IMG/VR virus record: IMGVR_UViG_2671180568_000005 | Strand: one strand, 5' to 3' | Length of the DNA: 39,356 bases | DNA from: a virus | Taxonomy: Duplodnaviria; Heunggongvirae; Uroviricota; Caudoviricetes | Shown: one piece after another, positions 34,160 to 39,356 of the stretch | Numbering within the stretch: position 1 is the first letter of the stretch | Layout of the letters: every line of letters starts with the position of its first letter | Translations under genes and position numbers: made by a program | The notes under the pieces: generated by a model | Database searches by the model: none | Told to the model about the DNA's origin: nothing | What the model saw: only the letters and a program-made list of their open reading frames with translations

Positions 34160-34672
34160 TCAGCCAAGCCCAAGCGCGGAACGAATGCGGTCAGGCACAA
34201 TGTCCTTGCCGTCCTTCCGGTAGATGTGGTTCAACAGGTCGATTTCCCACAGCGGGCGATCGTTAACGCTCAGCTTGTAGTAGGTGTTTTTGACAGCGTA
34301 AGTGTGTGATGTGGCTTCGCCCTGTTTGGCCTCCCCCATATCAATTTCCGTCACACGCCCGCGCATCTCGATTTCATACAGATCGCTTTCTGCATCGGTG
34401 TAGTATTCACCCGCAAAACGCAGCAGCGTGCCGTCAATCGTGCCGCCATATTTAAGGAACAGCGCACGAACAGCTCCCCCCATAACAAAACTCGCATCAA
34501 GCGCGGAGTCGTCCAGACCGAGATCAATACTTACCGCCCCCATCATGCCACCACCACGATAGCTGTCGGTTTTGCGCGTCAGTTTGGGCGGCGTGACGGA
34601 CGTCACCTTACCCACTTCGTTTTCACCATCCACAAACAGCGTAAAAAAGCGAAGATGTTTTGGTACAGCCAT
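34160..34672 (-). CDS. FII: Tail tube protein (P2 gpFII-like)
   Basis: 170 aa; position after the sheath gene. Confidence 0.85.
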   Translation of the reverse strand: MAVPKHLRFFTLFVDGENEVGKVTSVTPPKLTRKTDSYRGGGMMGAVSIDLGLDDSALDASFVMGGAVRALFLKYGGTIDGTLLRFAGEYYTDAESDLYEIEMRGRVTEIDMGEAKQGEATSHTYAVKNTYYKLSVNDRPLWEIDLLNHIYRKDGKDIVPDRIRSALGLG

Positions 34673-35856
34673 CAGGCACCTCCCAGCACCGCAAATGCGG
34701 GACCAAAGAATTCATCAGTAAACGACTGGTAAAGCTCCATGTCTTCCAGCGGCGGAACGGGCGTATATTTGTAGCGAATACGCACACGCCCCTGACGTAA
34801 ATTCGTGGTGCTGTTATCCACGATGTCATACCAGCACTCCGCGCCAATCAGTTTCCCGGCAGTAACCAGTGAATCCAGTTTTGCCCTGATGGCACTGATA
34901 ACATCCTTCACGTTCGCAGGCGTCAGTGGACTGTCGATGGTTTCAAACTGCGCTTCCGCAATTGAATCAGCCAGCACCTGTGCGGTTCGGGTATACACCT
35001 CAAAGATGTAGGCGTTCGTTTCCGGTGTGCGGTTGCCCCAGAAGCGGAACCCGTTACGACGAATAATGGTCGTGATTTCTTTGTTGTTGAGGCTGTTGGC
35101 ATCACTGTCTTCGGCCTGTAACGACCAGAACACATGCCTCGACATCCCCAGCACATTTTTAACCGGAACGTTGGACAGCGATTTGTGCCAGCCCTGCTCA
35201 TGGTCAATGTACGCACGAAGGCCGCACGCATAAGCAGGCGCGGGGAACGTTTCGTTTTTGCCACTTTTCGGGTTGTAGGCGATGAAGTCAGGCCATAAGA
35301 GCATCACCTCACGTTCGTTGAATTTCTGGCGGTAGGTAATCGCCTCAGCCATCGTGTTACAACCATGACATGCGGCATACACAAACGCGCGCAGTTTACC
35401 CGCAATCACGCACAGGGATTTTGTCACCGCCTCCGTGTCCAGCTCCGGCGCGGCCAGAATACGCGGACGGTATCCGATGCTTTCATCCTGCTCTGCAACA
35501 AGCAGCGCATACATCCCCGTATAGCTGCCGTCAGATTCAGAACCACCGATAACCAGTTGATCCTGCGTCTTTCCGTTTTCTTCTTTGTGTTCAGCCACGC
35601 GAACGACGATCACCTTTGTGCTCACCTGGTCTGCGATGGCCTTAAGCGCACGATAAAGCGTCCCCGTTGTCCCGCATTTTCCCAGCACGTCATTGACGCG
35701 GGTCAGCAGTGTGGGCTTGTTCAGCGGGAACAGCTTCGCGTCCGCATCATCCGCCGTTGCCACGATACCGATAACGCTGGAATCAACATCATTAATCGCT
35801 GTTACCAGGTCGGTACTTTCCGTAACACGGGCACCATGAAAACGAGTTTCACTCAT
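34672..35856 (-). CDS. FI: Tail sheath protein (P2 gpFI-like)
   Basis: 394 aa; AAGGGG ribosome-binding site upstream. Confidence 0.85.
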   Translation of the reverse strand: MSETRFHGARVTESTDLVTAINDVDSSVIGIVATADDADAKLFPLNKPTLLTRVNDVLGKCGTTGTLYRALKAIADQVSTKVIVVRVAEHKEENGKTQDQLVIGGSESDGSYTGMYALLVAEQDESIGYRPRILAAPELDTEAVTKSLCVIAGKLRAFVYAACHGCNTMAEAITYRQKFNEREVMLLWPDFIAYNPKSGKNETFPAPAYACGLRAYIDHEQGWHKSLSNVPVKNVLGMSRHVFWSLQAEDSDANSLNNKEITTIIRRNGFRFWGNRTPETNAYIFEVYTRTAQVLADSIAEAQFETIDSPLTPANVKDVISAIRAKLDSLVTAGKLIGAECWYDIVDNSTTNLRQGRVRIRYKYTPVPPLEDMELYQSFTDEFFGPAFAVLGGA

Positions 35857-36013
35857 AGCTTCAGCCCCTTGTATCCGTTAAATGATTCGGCAACAATCAT
35901 CACCCACCACGCGCGTAATCTCACCCCTGCGCCGTTCTCCCGCCACGGCGACAACAAAAAGCAGTAACCCCCTCCGCACGCACATGCGACCATGCCGCAC
36001 AGGGAGGGAGCAG
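35857..36013. promoter_or_regulatory. Divergent intergenic region between FI (minus) and D (plus); presumed late promoters
   Basis: Position only. Confidence 0.3.
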
Positions 36014-37123
36014 ATGACCGACACCACCATGCAATTGCTCAGTCAGGGCACAGACCCCGTGAAAATGCCGGATTTTGATATTCTCGCGGAGGGTAAAACG
36101 CTGTCAGGCGTGGCAGAGTGCCTGATGAGCCTGTCACTGACCGACAACCGGGGATTTGAGGCGGACCAGCTCACCATCACGCTGGATGATGCGGATGGTC
36201 AGTTGCTGCTACCGCCACGGGGCGCGCGCCTGACGGTTCTCATTGGCTGGAAAGGAGAACCGCTGACAGAAAAAGGCACTTACATTGTTGATGAAATCGC
36301 TCACGAAGGACCGCCGGACAGGCTGACGGTTTCAGCCAGAAGCGCAGATTTTCGGGATGAATTTAACGTTAAACGTGAGGTGTCCTGGCATGATGTGACC
36401 GTTGAGCGCGTGGTATCCGCCATCGCTCATCGGTACGGTCTGAAACCACAAATCAGCGAAATGCTGATGGATATTGAAATCGACCACGCTGACCAGACCG
36501 AAGAAAGCGACATGTCCTTCCTTACGCGCATGGCGGAAATGCTGGGCGCAATCACTACGGTAAAAAGCGGTAATCTGTTATTCATCATGCCAGGCGGTGG
36601 CGTGAACGCACAGGGCCAGCCGTTGCCCTCGTTCGCCATCACGCGCAGCAGTGGCGATCACCATCAGTTCCGCATTGCTGACCGCGAAGCGTATACGGGG
36701 GTACGCGCTTACTGGCTTGATCTTAATTACGGGAAAAAGAAAAAAGTCAGCGTGAAACGCCGCAAACCGCCAAAACCCAAAAAGGAGAAAAGCAGCAGCC
36801 GTGAAGGTGATTATATGGAAGGCGCGGAAGGCAATGTGTTTGTGTTACGCAAGACCTATCAGAACGAACAGGCAGCAAGACGCGCAGCGGCGGCAAAGTG
36901 GCAGCAGCTACAACGCGGAGCCGCATCATTCTCCATCACGCTGGCGCGTGGACGTGCAGAACTCTACCCCGAAATGCATGGTACGGTAACAGGATTTAAA
37001 AGCGAGATTGATAATCAGGACTGGATCATTGCAAAAGCCGAGCACACTATTGATAACAGCGGCTTTACCACGCAGCTTGAGCTTGAGGCAAAAATCCCGG
37101 AATGGATAGCGGAAACAGAGTGA
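36014..37123 (+). CDS. D: Tail protein D (P2 gpD-like)
   Basis: Start at the ATG 6 nt after GGGAGGGA; the ORF track's upstream extension from 35882 is probably not translated. Confidence 0.8.
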   Translation: MTDTTMQLLSQGTDPVKMPDFDILAEGKTLSGVAECLMSLSLTDNRGFEADQLTITLDDADGQLLLPPRGARLTVLIGWKGEPLTEKGTYIVDEIAHEGPPDRLTVSARSADFRDEFNVKREVSWHDVTVERVVSAIAHRYGLKPQISEMLMDIEIDHADQTEESDMSFLTRMAEMLGAITTVKSGNLLFIMPGGGVNAQGQPLPSFAITRSSGDHHQFRIADREAYTGVRAYWLDLNYGKKKKVSVKRRKPPKPKKEKSSSREGDYMEGAEGNVFVLRKTYQNEQAARRAAAAKWQQLQRGAASFSITLARGRAELYPEMHGTVTGFKSEIDNQDWIIAKAEHTIDNSGFTTQLELEAKIPEWIAETE

Positions 37124-37165
37124 GCAACTTAGAATAGCGGCAGCACCACGTTAAGGGAGGTCGCT

Positions 37166-37426
37166 ATGTTCCGTTGTCCGCTTTGTGGCGCATCTGCCCG
37201 TATCCGCACCAGTCGTCCGGAAAATGATTCAAACACCGTGCGGCAAAAGTATTACCAGTGTAACAACCTGGAATGCGGCGTATGCTTCTCAACACTGGAA
37301 GCTTTCCATAAATTCACATCAAAACACGCCTCCGCCGTTCACTCTTCAGAAGGTATCCCGTGGCATGAGCTGCCAGCTTCACACAGGGGAAACAATCAGA
37401 TGAGTTTGCCTTTACCTCAGAACTAA
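37166..37426 (+). CDS. ogr: Late-gene transcriptional activator, Ogr/Delta zinc-finger family
   Basis: MFRCPLCGASARIRTSR...YYQCNNLECG with the Cys-X2-Cys...Cys-X4-Cys arrangement of Ogr. Confidence 0.8.
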   Translation: MFRCPLCGASARIRTSRPENDSNTVRQKYYQCNNLECGVCFSTLEAFHKFTSKHASAVHSSEGIPWHELPASHRGNNQMSLPLPQN

Positions 37427-37617
37427 CAGGCAGAATTGCCGGATTAACAAAAAAGCGATAGATTACGCGCGGGTGCCTTTCGGCTGATGGTCGGAGGGAA
37501 TACCCGAAGGCCAGATGTGGAAAGGCCCCGGAAAACATTTCTGTTTAACCGAGGCCCTAACATATCTACCTTAAGCAAGTGATAGGTTAGCGCCTCTCCA
37601 ACAAAGGAGCAAGCGCT

Positions 37618-37758
37618 ATGTCGCAAAAATCGCTTACGGCCATCACGTTCTGCGTGACGGTAATCCTCATCATCTGGATGCTACACGGTTCGCTGTGTGA
37701 AATACGGATGAGCTTCTGGGGAGCGGAGTTTGCGGCGTTCTTACAGTGTAAGCAGTAA
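37618..37758 (+). CDS. hok: Hok/Gef-family type I toxin (46 aa)
   Basis: MSQKSLTAITFCVTVILIIWMLHGSLCEIRMSFWGAEFAAFLQCKQ: transmembrane segment plus the SLCEIR and E-AAF motifs of Hok/Gef. Confidence 0.75.
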   Translation: MSQKSLTAITFCVTVILIIWMLHGSLCEIRMSFWGAEFAAFLQCKQ

Positions 37759-37852
37759 GGAAACCGCGACGGGGAAGGCAACTTCCCCGTCAATCGGTTG
37801 CCAGGGTAAAGGTCGAAAAGGCACCCTATTTCCAGTTGACGTGAACAACAAG

Positions 37853-37885
37853 CCCGCAGCGTAAAAACTGCGGGTTTTCTTTTTG
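37853..37885 (+). terminator. Rho-independent terminator (cccgcag ... ctgcggg followed by a T-run)
   Basis: Read directly downstream of the hok-like gene. Confidence 0.6.
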
Positions 37886-37916
37886 GTTCCCTCACTCATG
37901 AGGACACCAAAAAACA

Positions 37917-37948
37917 AAGCCCACAGCATAGAAGCTGTGGGCTTTTTG
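37917..37948 (+). terminator. Second terminator hairpin (gcccacagc ... gctgtgggc followed by ttttt)
   Basis: Read directly. Confidence 0.6.
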
Positions 37949-38021
37949 CATTCAAAGATGGACGTTATATGGACACTTAAAAATAAAATCCATTTATTTT
38001 CAAATGATTAAACCTCTACTT

Positions 38022-38041
38022 AAAGCGCCCGCAGGCGCTTT
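38022..38041. repeat. Candidate attR core (identical to 585-604), forming the serS-proximal terminator hairpin
   Basis: Perfect 20-bp direct repeat, 22 bp downstream of the serS stop. Confidence 0.6.
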
Positions 38042-38063
38042 TTAGATTCAGAAAAATTGGGTA

Positions 38064-39356
<1,293 letters not shown>

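Noticed and set aside
37427-37620. mok-like overlapping reading frame upstream of the hok-like gene
   Set aside because: The only upstream ORF ends before the toxin start and does not overlap it as mok does, so no mok call is made.
37444-37929. Minus-strand ORFs 37444..37626, 37587..37895 and 37741..37929
   Set aside because: They overlap the hok-like gene and its terminators on the opposite strand; the region is better explained by the toxin locus.

Overview
The window is an Escherichia-type chromosomal segment that ends in a complete serS (seryl-tRNA synthetase, minus strand) and is otherwise occupied by a roughly 37.4 kb P2-like (myovirus) prophage, inserted in the serS 3' terminator and flanked by a 20-bp perfect direct repeat (585-604 and 38022-38041). 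Left of the prophage is a partial IS200-like element broken by a 10-N scaffold gap. The prophage has a recognisable P2 core (int, C-type repressor, cox-like gene, rolling-circle replicase A, Q/P/O/N/M/L head and packaging genes, X, lysis cassette, R/S/V/W/J/I/H baseplate and fibre genes, FI/FII/E+E'/T/U/D tail genes, ogr). It also carries several accessory modules that look more interesting than the core: a ParM/ParR actin-type partition pair with upstream palindromic repeats; a translationally coupled four-gene cassette whose first product carries a near-perfect copy of the ClpX N-terminal zinc-binding domain; a NanS-p-like sialate O-acetylesterase after the lysis genes; a Hin/Gin/Pin-type invertase with an invertible tail-fibre tip segment; a hok-like type I toxin next to attR; and an AT-rich convergent two-gene island in the early region. 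The FI-FII-E-T-U tail block is inverted relative to canonical P2 order. Three N runs (88-97, 22509-23000, 27964-27973) limit what can be said at those points. All calls rest on reading the translations and sequence by eye; no database search was run.
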